Shown: positions 1 through 21,233 of the stretch, in pieces
Layout: every line of letters begins with the position of its first letter
How positions within the stretch are numbered: position 1 is the first letter of the stretch
NCBI GenBank assembly: GCA_963693365.1
Contig: CAVNZM010000009.1
Location: 9,800,243-9,864,242, forward strand
DNA: 64,000 bases
Source of the DNA: Amoebidium appalachense
Lineage: Eukaryota > Protista > Ichthyosporea
Reading direction: 5' to 3'
Program-made: the position numbers and the translations under genes
Notes under the pieces: model-generated
Told to the model about the DNA's origin: nothing
Database searches by the model: none
The model's input: only the letters and a program-made list of their open reading frames with translations

Positions 1-226
1 GTGAACCGCATGTGATTGGCTCTCGTAGCCAAAAAGCACATACCGATGCGCATGTCTGAGCCAGCCGTGCGCAGCTCCAGTTATAAGGGCATGTCGGGGG
101 CTTCAGAGCTCACTCAGTGTGCTCGGCTTAACTAGGTGTAGGCAGGACTAGCACGTGCACTAAGCAAAATGCGGTCTAGTCAACCCCGGTCTACTTATAA
201 ACATATTGTTTGTCACAGACACACGA

Positions 227-305
227 TCATATTACACAACAAGTCGCTTTGACCGGCCCAGATGTGGCAGACAAGGCATCCTTTTGGATACGCGGAGCAG
301 TGGTG
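227..305 (-). pseudogene. Displaced 3' end of the gag-protease ORF (beyond the Plavaka insertion)
   Basis: Removing 306-19120 and one TG copy keeps the frame: ...DAQT-TTAPRIQKDALSATSGPVKATCCVI-stop (TGA at 229-227). Confidence 0.55.
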
Positions 306-335
306 CATCAGCAAACTTCCCGGAAGTATTGCCAA
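306..335 (+). repeat. Left terminal inverted repeat of the Plavaka element
   Basis: 30 bp, 2 mismatches to the reverse complement of 19091-19120. Confidence 0.92.
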
Positions 336-1810
336 CGTATTTTTTGCTATTGGGGCTATTGGCGATATTGGCAATAGAACCCCTTGCCGCCAATAAGAAC
401 ACCATATTGCAATAATATTGCTTTGGTATTGTCAATGGTAATACAGTACCAATACCCCCTATTGTCGATATCCCGCTGATATGAATATATTATCCAGTAT
501 ATGTTACATCAATATCGCCAATACATTAGAGTGCCATTACATTACCATTGCATTACTATTGGGCTAGCATTATAGACGTATTGCCAATATCAATTATACC
601 CGGGCGATATTACAATAACAACCAAATAATATCAAAAATACAGATAATGATATGGATGTATTATACTGTATTTTCGCATTGTAGTTGCACTATGAACGCA
701 TTATTAATGTATTGCCAATATGTAATTCATAGAAATACAAAGATTTAAATATCAAGAAACATATAAACAATGTATTGCCAACATATGATCCAACTATAAT
801 CAATATATAAATGCGGTATCGCCGATAGGTTGTTTTAATATCGTGAGTATATTGATGACATAAACAGAGGTATGATTAATACACTCCCAACACATTACAA
901 ATAAGGAATATGTGAGTATGTTCCATATCAAGCATATATTGGCAACATACGAATGATACCACCACCATAAAGATATAAGTATTGATAATGCATTGCATAT
1001 ATATTATAAATATCGGTTTTATTTGTGGAATTTATTGACATAAATATTTTTCTGGGTAAACACGTAGGATGGGTGTTCGATATTGACATAACCATGTAGG
1101 CTTCGTTTCGTGTTTTAGCAGTTCGCGATTGGCCGCTCGCACACGGGCACCTATTAGCTAATCAAAACATCAGATTCCACATATCGCTAGACCGATTTTG
1201 ATTGGTTCGATTCAGATTCACATATCACTGGATCGATTTTCAATTGGCTCAGGTCGGTAGGCTTAGGTATATAAGCAAGACAGTTTTCAGCAGATCAGCA
1301 AGCTACAAACACATCTTCTGTGTTGAGCACCTACAGCCCTTACGGCTATACATTTTCTTTTCACCCACCCACCTACACCCACACTCACCCCCATTGATCC
1401 ACACATGCGTGCTGTTTTTTCACGGGGCGAAGACTTCCCCCGTTTTTTGGGCACAAGGACCTCACGGATCAATAAATTGATGACTGGGGGCTTGCCGTGG
1501 TTTACAACCATTGCAGGTTCACTTTCGTCCAAGGGGATGTCCCCCTAGAGGCAACACACGTCCCGGAGTAGTTTTCATAGAACACTATATTATTCAAATA
1601 CATTGCCAATAAATTGATAATGGGAACGAATGCATGCAAAGTACAGTATAAGTGCGCTTATAACATGAAAGGCATATCGGACGAACATTGCCAATGTATT
1701 AATAATAACTTTATTGACACCTCAATCACATGCTCAATATATTGGCAATATGCACACGGTACGGTAAGCACAGCCCCATGATCATTGTCAATGTATTGCC
1801 AATGTATTGC
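326..1810. repeat. Left subterminal array of TATTG(C/G)CAATA-like motifs, interrupted by the 1015-1581 repeat
   Basis: Many copies of tattgccaat/attggcaata and variants in AT-rich sequence, in both orientations. Confidence 0.8.
1015..1581 (+). mobile_element. Dispersed ~570-bp LTR-like repeat, copy 1
   Basis: Aligns along its length with 11700-12268. Several ATTGG (CCAAT) boxes, TATATAA at 1268-1274, AATAAA at ~1471, structured 3' end, terminates ...agtagttttcataga. Confidence 0.8.
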
Positions 1811-2062
1811 ACATGTCGTCATCCATACGTGTTCCGTATGGTCACTTTATTAACTTCGGTTGGATATACCACATTATATTGAGGACCACACCTGGTGGCC
1901 CTCCCCCCTCCCCCCCTCCCCCCCCCGGCCCAACCCCCTCCCCCCCCCCCCTCCCCCCCCCGGCCCTCCCCCCCCCCTCCCCCCCCCCCCCCCCCCCCGG
2001 GCCCCACCCCCTTTTCCCACAGGCTCAACCGGCCATGTATACACCGCCCCCCCCCCCCCCCC

Positions 2063-2944
2063 CTAAAAAAACCCAAGTCCACTACCCCCCCCCCCCCACC
2101 CAAAATCAAAGAAAAAAAAACTTTTAGGGCTCGTCAATGTTGCAGGCGGCATGGGACTTGTCGATGTTGCAGGCATGGCCGTCTCAGTGCTCGTGCTCGG
2201 TATTGGCGGCGAGGGGAGACTTAGGAGCGGGGGGGGCTCTGGAGCGTGGGGGGACTTTTGGGCGTTGATCTCTGAGTCTTGTTGCTCAGCCTCGGCCTCC
2301 TTGAGCCTTGCCTCCTCCTGGGCCTTGAAAGTCTTCCAGTTGTTGATGGCCTGAGGACACACGTATTAGAATGAATGTAACAAGAGTTCTGCAGACAAAG
2401 ACATGTGCCAAGTGGCAAGCTGCAAATGGAGCATAATTTAACTGAAATAATAATATGCAAACGTACTCCCCATCTTCTGGCAAGAAAGCTATAAAATGTG
2501 GAAGTATCATGTTCATGTTCAAGGGGTTGGGAGGAGGGAGGGGGGGGGGGGGGGGTTCCCTACCGCTTCAAAAGACCTCGGGTTCGCCAGCCCGTGCCAG
2601 TCCTTGGGGATGCCTCCCTCCTTGGAGAAGGGTGACCAGACAGGCAAGCCATTTTCAGCTTGTGCCGCAGTGCGGTCGCTCAGACAGGCCTCGATGATGT
2701 AGATGATGAAGCGCACAAATTGGGGCGAGTCCTTCAGCACGTCCTGCATCATTGAGAAATCAGCAGTTAGCTATGATCATGTGGATTGGGCTTGGGTTAA
2801 TCTATGTACATCAAGGACCATTAACTTAGTAAAAGGAAAATGAACTCATAGACAGCAAACGCAATTGAAACAAACGAAAGAACTAGAAAAGAAAGTGATT
2901 CCATACACACATGCCCAAAAGGGCTATTATGGGAAGGGATAAGG

Positions 2945-3018
<74 letters not shown>

Positions 3019-3987
3019 GGACTTACGTCAATGGTCTCGAAGGTGATGTCCATGTCGTTGGCGCGGTTTCGCACTTCATCCAAGGCCAATAGCAGGTCGA
3101 GGAGCGCTGGGTTCCCAAAAGGGTGGCCGGTCTCTGGGTCGCGGAAAGCCCTGCTGCCACCTGACATGCCTGGGGCAAGGTCGATGATATCCATGAGGCT
3201 CTGCCAGAACGCCCACCGGGACGTGAACTCCCCGGGGACATCCCTGTCCAAGATCTGCAAGAAGAGATGTGCATGTCAGTGATGAGTGCTGACGAAGGAA
3301 TGTACAAACAGATTCAGAATAACTTGTCAACGGTAAAAGGTGTTCAATGCCTAACAAACAGCTACTACTAGCATAGTATCATGGGCACATTCATTTTTGT
3401 CCTACACTCTGACTATAAAACTCTACATTGCAGGCAGTGTTTGGGGTTTGAACACACAAGCAACCAGGGTTTAGGAAGCTTACCCTGACGTTTCCTGGAA
3501 GCACACTGAACATGGGCATTTGCCGCCGGACAGACTTGACGACGTTGTGCTTGGCCTGTGACATGGCCCTGCTGAACCTGCCATGTTTGGGTGGAGGGTG
3601 TTAATATCGTTATATAAAAAAGTCAACAAGATAACCAACCATTTTAATGTAAACCTATGGATAGTTGTCCCACACTACTTGCAAGAAGTAAAGTATGTCG
3701 ACGACAATATCACTCACTAGAAACATATGAACAATACAATGCCAATATCATTTACATATCGAAGACATGTTGGCAATACTATTTCGATACAATGCCACAG
3801 CTATTACGAATATATGAAACATATGAGGGACACGTAAACTTAATCAAAAGTACAACAAGTGTTCACTAACATATTGCCAATGTATCAGAATGATACGATG
3901 CCGTATATCAACCCTATGAGCACCTCATTATGATGGATAGAACACTTGGGGATGATGTGGTGTGCTTGTGTGTGTGTGCTTGCGCTT

Positions 3988-4021
<34 letters not shown>

Positions 4022-6817
4022 TTACTTACTTGGACCTGAGCTTGAAGTCTTCATCGGTCCGCTTCAGCTTGCCGAAGTACACAACGGCTTCTTGAATCTC
4101 CTCGTCGGAAACCTTCCCCCAGAAGGGCTTTCCTGTGGGGGGGTCTTTCTTGAGCGTCATAGCGATGGCCTTGATAAGGCGCTGGGGATCATTCTGGATG
4201 TTGGCGCCAAACTTCATGAGCACCGTGGTGTACACAGTGTCGGTCATGGGGTGCTTCCGAAGAAGCCTTGCCTGCATTGGATGGAATAAAGAGAGGGTTG
4301 GAAAGAAGGTCTTTTTTATCTCATGGAACAAAGATTTAATGAAGACATGCACATGACTAATTGATTCGTTAACTGACGTGAACCATAGAATAGGGTTTTT
4401 ATGGGTTTGGATTTGATACACAAGTGCGGTTGAACATTCTTAATTACTTCAAACGTTGTCTTCAAGGTTTGGCCGTGTCATTGGGAGGGGGAGGGGGGGG
4501 GGGGGGACGATGTCTTCAAGGTTTGGCGGTGTCATTGGGAGGGGGGGAAGGGGGGGGGGGGGGGGGGGGGCTGGATGGGGAGGATGGGGGGCCGGGGATG
4601 CGTTACCACAGTGGTGTTCAGCATCAACTCATCATCCGCAGTAGCCTCATTGGAGGACACATCAGACATCTTCATCTTCTTGACCTTGGGCCTCTTGGGG
4701 GGGTCGTCGTCCTGGGAGGGAGCGGCCCGCTTCAGGACACCCGTCGTAGCGAAATTCGCGATGCCTGCCCTTTTCGATGGTGTCTCTGTGCCAAAAGCAA
4801 TGTCCAGAGCATCACGCTCGGTCAACTCCGGCACTTGCGCGCGCAGGAGGGCAGCAAACGCGATGTCGAGTTTGGAGTAGTTCATCGGGGCCGAGACGGG
4901 GGCGGGGGTCAACGGCATGGGTTGCTTGGAGCTGTCCTTGCTGCTGGAGCGGTCCTTGCTGCCGGATTTATCTGTGTAGGAATGGTTGGGCACTCAACAT
5001 CCCGACCGAAGCCACAAGAGTATTACGAGGTCACTACCAACTTATTCTCAATACATGCTAAGTACAACACCAATACTGTAACGATATCACGATGGTATTG
5101 CCATTATGTACGTAGCCTACGACAATTGCATAAAGCATAACAAATGTATATTAGCAATGTATTGCGCATGTTTGTTCGATATTCACCGTCAACGAGGAAC
5201 ACATTGAAAATGAGATGCAGTTGGTTTGTGTACAATGGTAGGTGTTTGGACCGTGTGTGTGTTTCTGTGGTTGTGTGTGTGTGCGCGTGTGTGTGTGTGG
5301 TGGGTGGTGGGGAGGGGGGGGGGGGGGGGGGGGGGGGGCAAAAAAAGACAAGACCTGGCAGCAAGGGCCAAGACAAAGACTGGTAGGCTCTCACTAAAAG
5401 TGTGGGGTTAGGGTCCCAGTATGAGCGGCAGCGGCAGCGCAATTCTAGGGGTGTTGCTGCTAGCCAACCCTCAGAGAGAATGTTGACAGCCTGTGCAAAG
5501 TTTGGGCCCAACTGGAACCCAAAGTGAAGCGCAAACGGCGTGGTCATGACAAGGTCACCAGGGTACTGCACCAGCACCTCAGGGACCAGACCCTCCTTCA
5601 CCCATTCCATGATTGCTTCGGCGGTAGGAATGAACGTCTTGTGTTGTATGGGGTTTTTGCACTCAACACCTAAGTCTTCCTGCAGTTTGGCTACGATCGT
5701 TCGATACACCGAGGGTGGGTAACAAAACCAGAATTTTGGGTAGCCAGCAACATGTAGTGAACAAGACGGCACCCCGTTGTCCTCCGAGTGAATTTCAAAC
5801 GCAGAACCTCCCTTCTTCGCAGGTGATAAGTGCACGTAACTAAACGGCCGATTGATACCAGGCAAGTCCTGAAGATAATGAGGCCGACCAAGGGGTGTTG
5901 CATTGACCAGTTGTGTCAGATCAGGAATGCTATGCAGGCGTCTTTTCGGCGGGGGGAGGTCAACGTGTGCAGCATATACACCCCCACCGTTGAGTGCCTT
6001 TTCGTACAGACTTACGACTTCACGGACGGTGGTTTGAGGACTAAGTGGGGGTGCATGTGCCCTAGCAGCTTCGATGCTAGCCTGTATGTCTATAGTCGTG
6101 CAAGGTGTGCGAATGACCTGCCTCCAATGATTGTTGGTGGGTTGCAATGTAAATACGTGGGCATGCTTGCGTAGAGCAGTGGGTGTGTACTGAGACAAGG
6201 CATCTTCAAAGGGTATTGGGGGGGCGAACTGTCGAAGCACAACACCACCAACGTCTATAGCCTCCGCAGCATGGAGCGTGGCTAGTGCTAGCTTTAGGTC
6301 GAGCATGTGTGCAGTAGAAAAAAACAAAATGCAAAACAGAAGACTGCGGTACGGTAGCTAGGTGGGTGTACTATTTATGAAAGCATGCAGGAGGACGCTA
6401 CTGCCAAAGATAACGCAACGAAAAAAAGGTGATGTGCACAGTGTGGTTGCAAGAACAGAATGGGGAGTTGCACGGGGAACAGTCCGGCTATGTACCTGCA
6501 AGGATAGCATGCATATACAGGCGAGTGGGCGGGTTGTGCAGGCTGAGAGGGCGGGATATGGAGGGCCGAGCCATACCTTTTGTTTTCCCAGTTACGAGGT
6601 CCATAGCAGGGACCTTGTTGGCCTGGTTGATGACCTGGGCCAGGAAAGGGTTCGCTTTGCCATCGTCCGAGGCGGACTCGTCGGAGTCGGCTCGGACCTT
6701 CTTCTTGCTCTTGGACCCCTTGCTGGTGCGCACGGGGGTTTCGGGAGGTGGGGTGACCTCCTTGTCCTGTCGATCCTTCTGCTTCTTGGCTGCTTTGTCT
6801 TTGTTCGACTTTGCCAT
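2063..6817 (-). CDS. KDM4-like JmjC histone demethylase with a long uncharacterised C-terminal region (transposon cargo, multi-exon)
   Basis: Proposed exons (minus): 6817-6496, ~6320-5355 (5' boundary uncertain), 4971-4607, 4271-4030, 3577-3484, 3254-3027, 2743-2564, 2350-~2063; splice phases are compatible from the JmjC exon onward. Motifs: LPGINRPFSY, FEIHSED (HxE), AGYPKFW, CKNPIQHK, QYPGDLVMTTPFALHFGFQLGPNFAQAVN, RCRC. The C/H/CxC zinc site matches the KDM4 subfamily. Basic N-terminus resembles an NLS. Confidence 0.85.
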
Positions 6818-6959
6818 GGTGGTGGTACAGTACAGCGAACGGCAAAACAGGCCAGACAGAGCAATCTAATACAAACAATATATCGCAAATACAAGCAATA
6901 CAACGGCCAACATACTGAGGGTATGCACAGTATATTGAAAACATGTTTTCGGTGCGATG

Positions 6960-7112
6960 GGCGCGCCAAAACCCTGGAATTTAGGTGGATTTGACGTGGA
7001 ACCAATCGTGTGCAATGACATTGTGGGTTTGGCCAACCGGTTCCGGCTCTGGACATAAAATAAGTCATAGGCCAATCACGATCGCCTCAATAAAGGCATG
7101 CAAATTCCAATC
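6960..7112 (-). promoter_or_regulatory. Putative promoter of the JmjC gene: E2F-type site plus CCAAT boxes
   Basis: TTTGGCGC on the minus strand at 6970-6963; CCAAT at ~7002, ~7073, ~7107; about 150 bp upstream of ATG 6817. Confidence 0.35.
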
Positions 7113-8348
7113 CGGCTTACGCCTCTCTCCTCAAAAGCCGCACAATATCACCCCATCCAAAAACATCAAAAACACCTGCAACACCATAGTACGCCTTCAT
7201 ATGGAAAACTACTTTTTTAAAAAAACTAAACCTTTTTAATTTACATTGTCATTCACAATACGAATCACTTACTACAGCATGTACGCGACCACGTTTGACT
7301 TCAAAGGTTTGCATGATTTGCTTCGCTCAATCACGTTGAGCATCCCGGGTGGCACGTGTCGATGCTGCTTGGCGGTCATTGAGGTGGTATTGTTTGTAGT
7401 GAACATCTAGCATGTATTTTACACCCATTTAATGTTTATTTTCGTGTTTGTTTGTTTTTTATTTTGGTACTGGATATGTTGGTTTTGCGTAGTAGTGAAA
7501 CTTCCAAGGTGCTTGTATTTTTTCTGACGCCATATTCGCGTCAATAAACGTTGAGGGCATGCAAATTCCTCGTAGGTTTCATCCCTATGTCATGCAAAGG
7601 TCAGTTGCATAATCAAGCCTCCGGATACGACAACAAACCAACACATATGAAAAATAGACCATTTAATTACCTCTTATAAACAATCTTTGTTACATTCAAA
7701 GCCTAAAACAATATGACGTGTTCAAGGTATACATTGTCATGTGTACGCAGCTCACTTGGCCTTCAGTGGGTGAGCATTTTGCTTCGCTCCCATGAGCAAA
7801 TAGCCAATCATCGCAGTTCCATTGTGCATGTATGCGGCGGCGCGCATCATATGCGGCACGATCAGCCTAATATGTATATTAGTACGGCCAAATATACATG
7901 TACATCCAGTGCATGGCTTGTAGACGTAAAGTGCACGTAATATGTATATTGTTTAGATATAAATATCGTGTATATGTATGAATATATATACAACAATAAT
8001 TAATACAGGTACAGACGTAATAAAGACGGTCAGCGGATGCGTGAACCCTTGCCTGGGCCGGGGGGGGGGGGGGGGGGGGGGGCCACCTCCCCCCCCCCCC
8101 CCCCCCCCCCCCCTTTATCCGCGAAATATTGAGCATATATGCAGGCGATATCCACGCGATATCCGTCATTCCCCTGCATACGGGTATCCTTGTCGTCAAT
8201 AAGCGAATATACTTTCTCAATATGCTTACGATACGGGCGGTAGATTGACCATAGGTGTGCTTATGTGATTCTATCATTGTTCTGTATCACACGTGTAATG
8301 TTTTAAGCATCACATTACTTTCACTCTAGGAAATTTGTATATGGCGTC

Positions 8349-17597
<9,249 letters not shown>

Positions 17598-18049
17598 TGT
17601 ATGTCATTGCCTGTATGGTCCACAGGGAATACATTCCCAAGAGTTGAATTCTTTATTCCGTATGTATGCCGTACTTGCCCGTATTTCACGGTTGGGGGGG
17701 GGGGGGGGGGGGGTTGTCATTACTTTCCTGTATTATCCTTTATGCTACTTCAAGTTTTATACCCTACCGCTTACACAGGATGTAGGCTGGTGAAAGGTTT
17801 AATGGTAGGACGTTCGGTGACGTTTGTACCACGGACCACGGGAACATCTTCCCCAGGAACATTATTCAAAACAAAGAACTTTTATATTTTGAGGTGCTAA
17901 AAACGTGAGGTACTGTTATGGCCGTTGCCCTTCTCAATCTTGGTACGGAAATGCACCCATATTATACTGCAAATGTATTGTATATGACGTGTGTATATCG
18001 TACAGGTACTGGTAGTATATTGATAGTACCTCCTACGTAATGATTTGTT

Positions 18050-19100
18050 CGCATTCGAACATACTGGCAGTATATACTGAGACTATAACCAATATATGGT
18101 GTCCTTAGCTGTGTCCGTATTGGTGACAGTATTATAGATGTATTCGCGACATTGCCAATACCACTTGTGCCTTAGATATTCGCAATAGGATAAAAGTTTT
18201 CTTGCTATATCATGTTTATGTCCTACTAATATGGATGTGATATGGGTAGGATATGATCTACATAATATCAGTATATGTCCACCCTAATACCACGGTATTA
18301 GCAATGTACTGCGCATACAAGGACTACACTCCGAATATGTTTGTTGAACATGTGTTGGCAATACATTCACAATATTGCAACTACATAGGTAAAGTGACCT
18401 GTTCTTTCATCCCCAATATTGTACCAATATATTGGCAATAAAATACACGCCCCATATTTTCGGTTGCTTTTACCTATTGATAATAGGTGCATAATAGTCT
18501 TGATATTGTGACGGATACATTGGCCATACATTTGGACCGAATTGAGATCCTATTATAAGCATATCACAACCCTATAACCAATAGCGACGATATGTTTGTA
18601 TCGGCCATATGGGACATATGTGTTGGGTATATTGCCAATAACCCAAAATGGTCAGGAATAATACATTCATAATATATTGGCAATAGTCTTGCCACGTTGG
18701 ACAATACCATAATTTGACACAAAATTATCCTACATTTTATATATTCATAACTTATTGACAATACTCCGCAAGCAATAGTATAATACCGAATAAATACATT
18801 GACAATATCGAAATTGTATTGTTAATAGGCACACGTACACGCGTTTTGAGATATTGCCAGTACATTACTCATACGGTATATAGTTATTGGTGGTAGACCC
18901 GGCATGGTATGACAATAATATCAAAATATGTTGCCGATATTACGTCAATATTACAGTTCTATTACGCTTCTATAGCGTCTCTACCACAGAAAATCTCTAC
19001 TCGCAATACATTGGCAATGGATAATTGATATTACTTCAGTATTAATCTGGTATTGTTACGATATTGGCAATAGATAATAGCCTCACAATATTGGCAATAC
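18050..19100. repeat. Right subterminal array of TATTG(C/G)CAATA-like motifs
   Basis: Same motif family as the left end (e.g. ~18150, ~18430, ~18630, ~18675, ~19010, ~19062, ~19089). Confidence 0.8.
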
Positions 19101-19120
19101 CGCCGGGAAGTTTGCTGATG
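19091..19120 (-). repeat. Right terminal inverted repeat of the Plavaka element
   Basis: ttggcaataccgccgggaagtttgctgatg, the inverse of 306-335. Confidence 0.92.
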
Positions 19121-20652
19121 TGGTTTGGGCGTCCGGGGTTATGTCCGCGCGCAGAAGAGACACCGCCATGTGGTACAGCTTGGTGCCGACAGCCGAGCCG
19201 GTGGCCAGAATTTGATCGCCGTAGCACAACTTAACGCCGCCGCGGGTGTCAAAGCGGGGTAAAACGCCGTTGGTAGATGCCGTGAACACACTGATGAGAG
19301 TGTCGGGGATGGAGGGCACGTAGAGTACATCCGTCAGCTGATGCACCGCAGTAACGCCGTCGATGGTGCTGGAAAAGAACACGTCGCCCACCCCAAGCAC
19401 TGCACATGCACCCTTGTCGGCTACTTGGACCGTGGAGTAAGGCGCCGCACGCATGTTGACGAACACATCGGGCCGGGGGCACACATGGTCAGTGGCTCCA
19501 GAGTCGAGGAGCACCTTGTTGGTGCCATAGTCGTTGCTAGACATGAGGAAAGCCCGGGGAGCGGCAGCCCCCCCCTTGCACTGTGCCGTAGTGTGGGTAG
19601 TAGAGGCAGGGTGGTTGATGCAGGACCCAGGCGGGAGGGGACCACCCTTAGGTTTGCGGCCGTTGGCACGGTTGCCCCCCTTGCACATGGCGGTAGTGTG
19701 ACTGGTAGACAGTGGGTGGTTGACGCAGGAACCCTTGGGGTAGGTGCTGGCACGGTTGTTGCCAGAGTTGCTGTGTTGCCGTTGGGGCACTGAGACTTGA
19801 TGTGGCCTGGTTTGCCGCAGCCGTGGCAGATGACAGGTTGAGGAGCCCGTGTGGTGAAGGCGGCCGGCCCGGAGCTGGTAGTCACACGTGCACGTGGGTG
19901 GCTGGTCTCATATGCCCGTAGCTGTTGGAGGAGGCCCATCACGGTAGGCTTGGGTGTCATCTTGTAGGCAATGACAGGCATTTCGTAGTAAGGCACCTTG
20001 CCGAGGTCGTTGGTGAGCTTGGTCAGCACTTGAGCATCACCAATTTGTGTGCCGTAATCGGCCAGGCGCCGCACGTAGCCGCGGAGCTTCATGGCGTATT
20101 TCGTCGCGGTGTCCGTAGGTTCAGGCGTAGAATTCATGTACAGCCCGATAAGGTCGTACTGATTGGCCTCAGATTGCTCCAGGTAGTGGGCAGATAGGGC
20201 CGACCATATCTCCGCAGGTGTGGTGGTGCGTGTTAACTCTAGGATACAACGCACGTCAACCGAGAGTGCTTGCCACAGGTAGGAACGGGCAGTGTCGACC
20301 TGTTCACGGGTAGCCGGGTGCCACAGTGCTCCGTACTGGGCGCGATGGTGTAGAGAAGACCAGCACCAGAAAGCTGGACATACATGGTTTCGGCCCATGT
20401 GTGGTAGTCCGTGCCTGAATCATTATCAATGCCAGTGAAGAGAGGGATGTCGACCTTGAACTTGATGGAATCATTACGTGAGGGGCCCATAACCCTGTTG
20501 GACATCGTGTTCATAGAAGCTAGTTCTAGTGCACGTTGTTCCTTCTGTAAGTCAGAAATGATTGCATCTTGTGAGGCCAACCTCTGCTCCAGTAGTTGGA
20601 CTAGTTGCTGCAACTGTAAGTTGTCAGACATAGTGTCGTGTATGATGGGCAA
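19121..20652 (-). pseudogene. Ty1/Copia-derived gag-zinc knuckle-aspartyl protease ORF, two frameshifts, interrupted by the Plavaka element
   Basis: IPLFTG..DYHTWAETM (gag N-terminus), PAEIWSALSAHY, CHGCGKPGHIKSQC (CCHC), LLDSGATDHVC (protease), VLYVPSIPDTLISV, TKLYHM; spread over three reading frames. Confidence 0.88.
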
Positions 20653-20742
20653 CTAGTCTATGTGTTTTGTGCACTGAAAACGACAGTAGAAAAGTGTAAA
20701 TCAAACGTTCTGCTTCCCATGTTTGTGACATGGGAGGCACTG

Positions 20743-20753
20743 CTTTATATAGT
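20743..20753 (-). promoter_or_regulatory. TATA box upstream of the gag-like ORF
   Basis: actatataaag on the minus strand, ~90 bp upstream of ATG 20652. Confidence 0.45.
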
Positions 20754-21233
20754 CGTTGGCCACCTCATGGTGGCCTCGTGTGCACCCTGGTGGTGGGCCA
20801 TGTACAGCATGGCCGAAAAGAGAGCACAATGAAAACAAGTCGTTAAAGACATAAAAGTTAACTGTGCACGTTGAGTGGCTAGTTAACTTGCACTAAAGCA
20901 CACAAATAAACGTGTTTAACACACCAATTGCAGTTAAACGTAAGTCTTACTTCACACAACTAAAAATATTCTGAGAATATCCGGGAAAAAAAAAAAGCAC
21001 ACTACCACTCTAAGAATAGAATCCTGTGGCAAATATAGACATGACATCATCTGAACCGGGAATATTAATTAATGAGCACAATTAGCACGTTGCTAGTGAA
21101 GCTCGTCATTGGTACAGTTTTGGCTCAAACATATAACTACCATATATGAATATGACCGTAAACAAAAGCTCTATGCACTCGAGTGAGTGTTGAAACAATT
21201 ATTCAATTGCTCAGAAGCTTTCTCTAACAGACA

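Noticed and set aside
1287-1532. MDESEPAMVV... ORF repeated three times
   Set aside because: Starts at TTG, antisense to the repeat's promoter, frame differs between copies; reflects repeat identity only
1470-1570. Possible hammerhead ribozyme in the 3' end of the dispersed repeat (ttgatga on plus, cgaaa on minus)
   Set aside because: The core elements are on opposite strands and CUGAUGA is not intact; no valid three-stem fold by eye
1015-1581. Canonical Helitron call for the dispersed repeat
   Set aside because: No consistent TC...CTRR termini inserted at an A|T site in either orientation
6362-7068. Overlapping 150-210 aa ORFs around JmjC exon 1
   Set aside because: Shadow frames of the GC-rich exon 6817-6496
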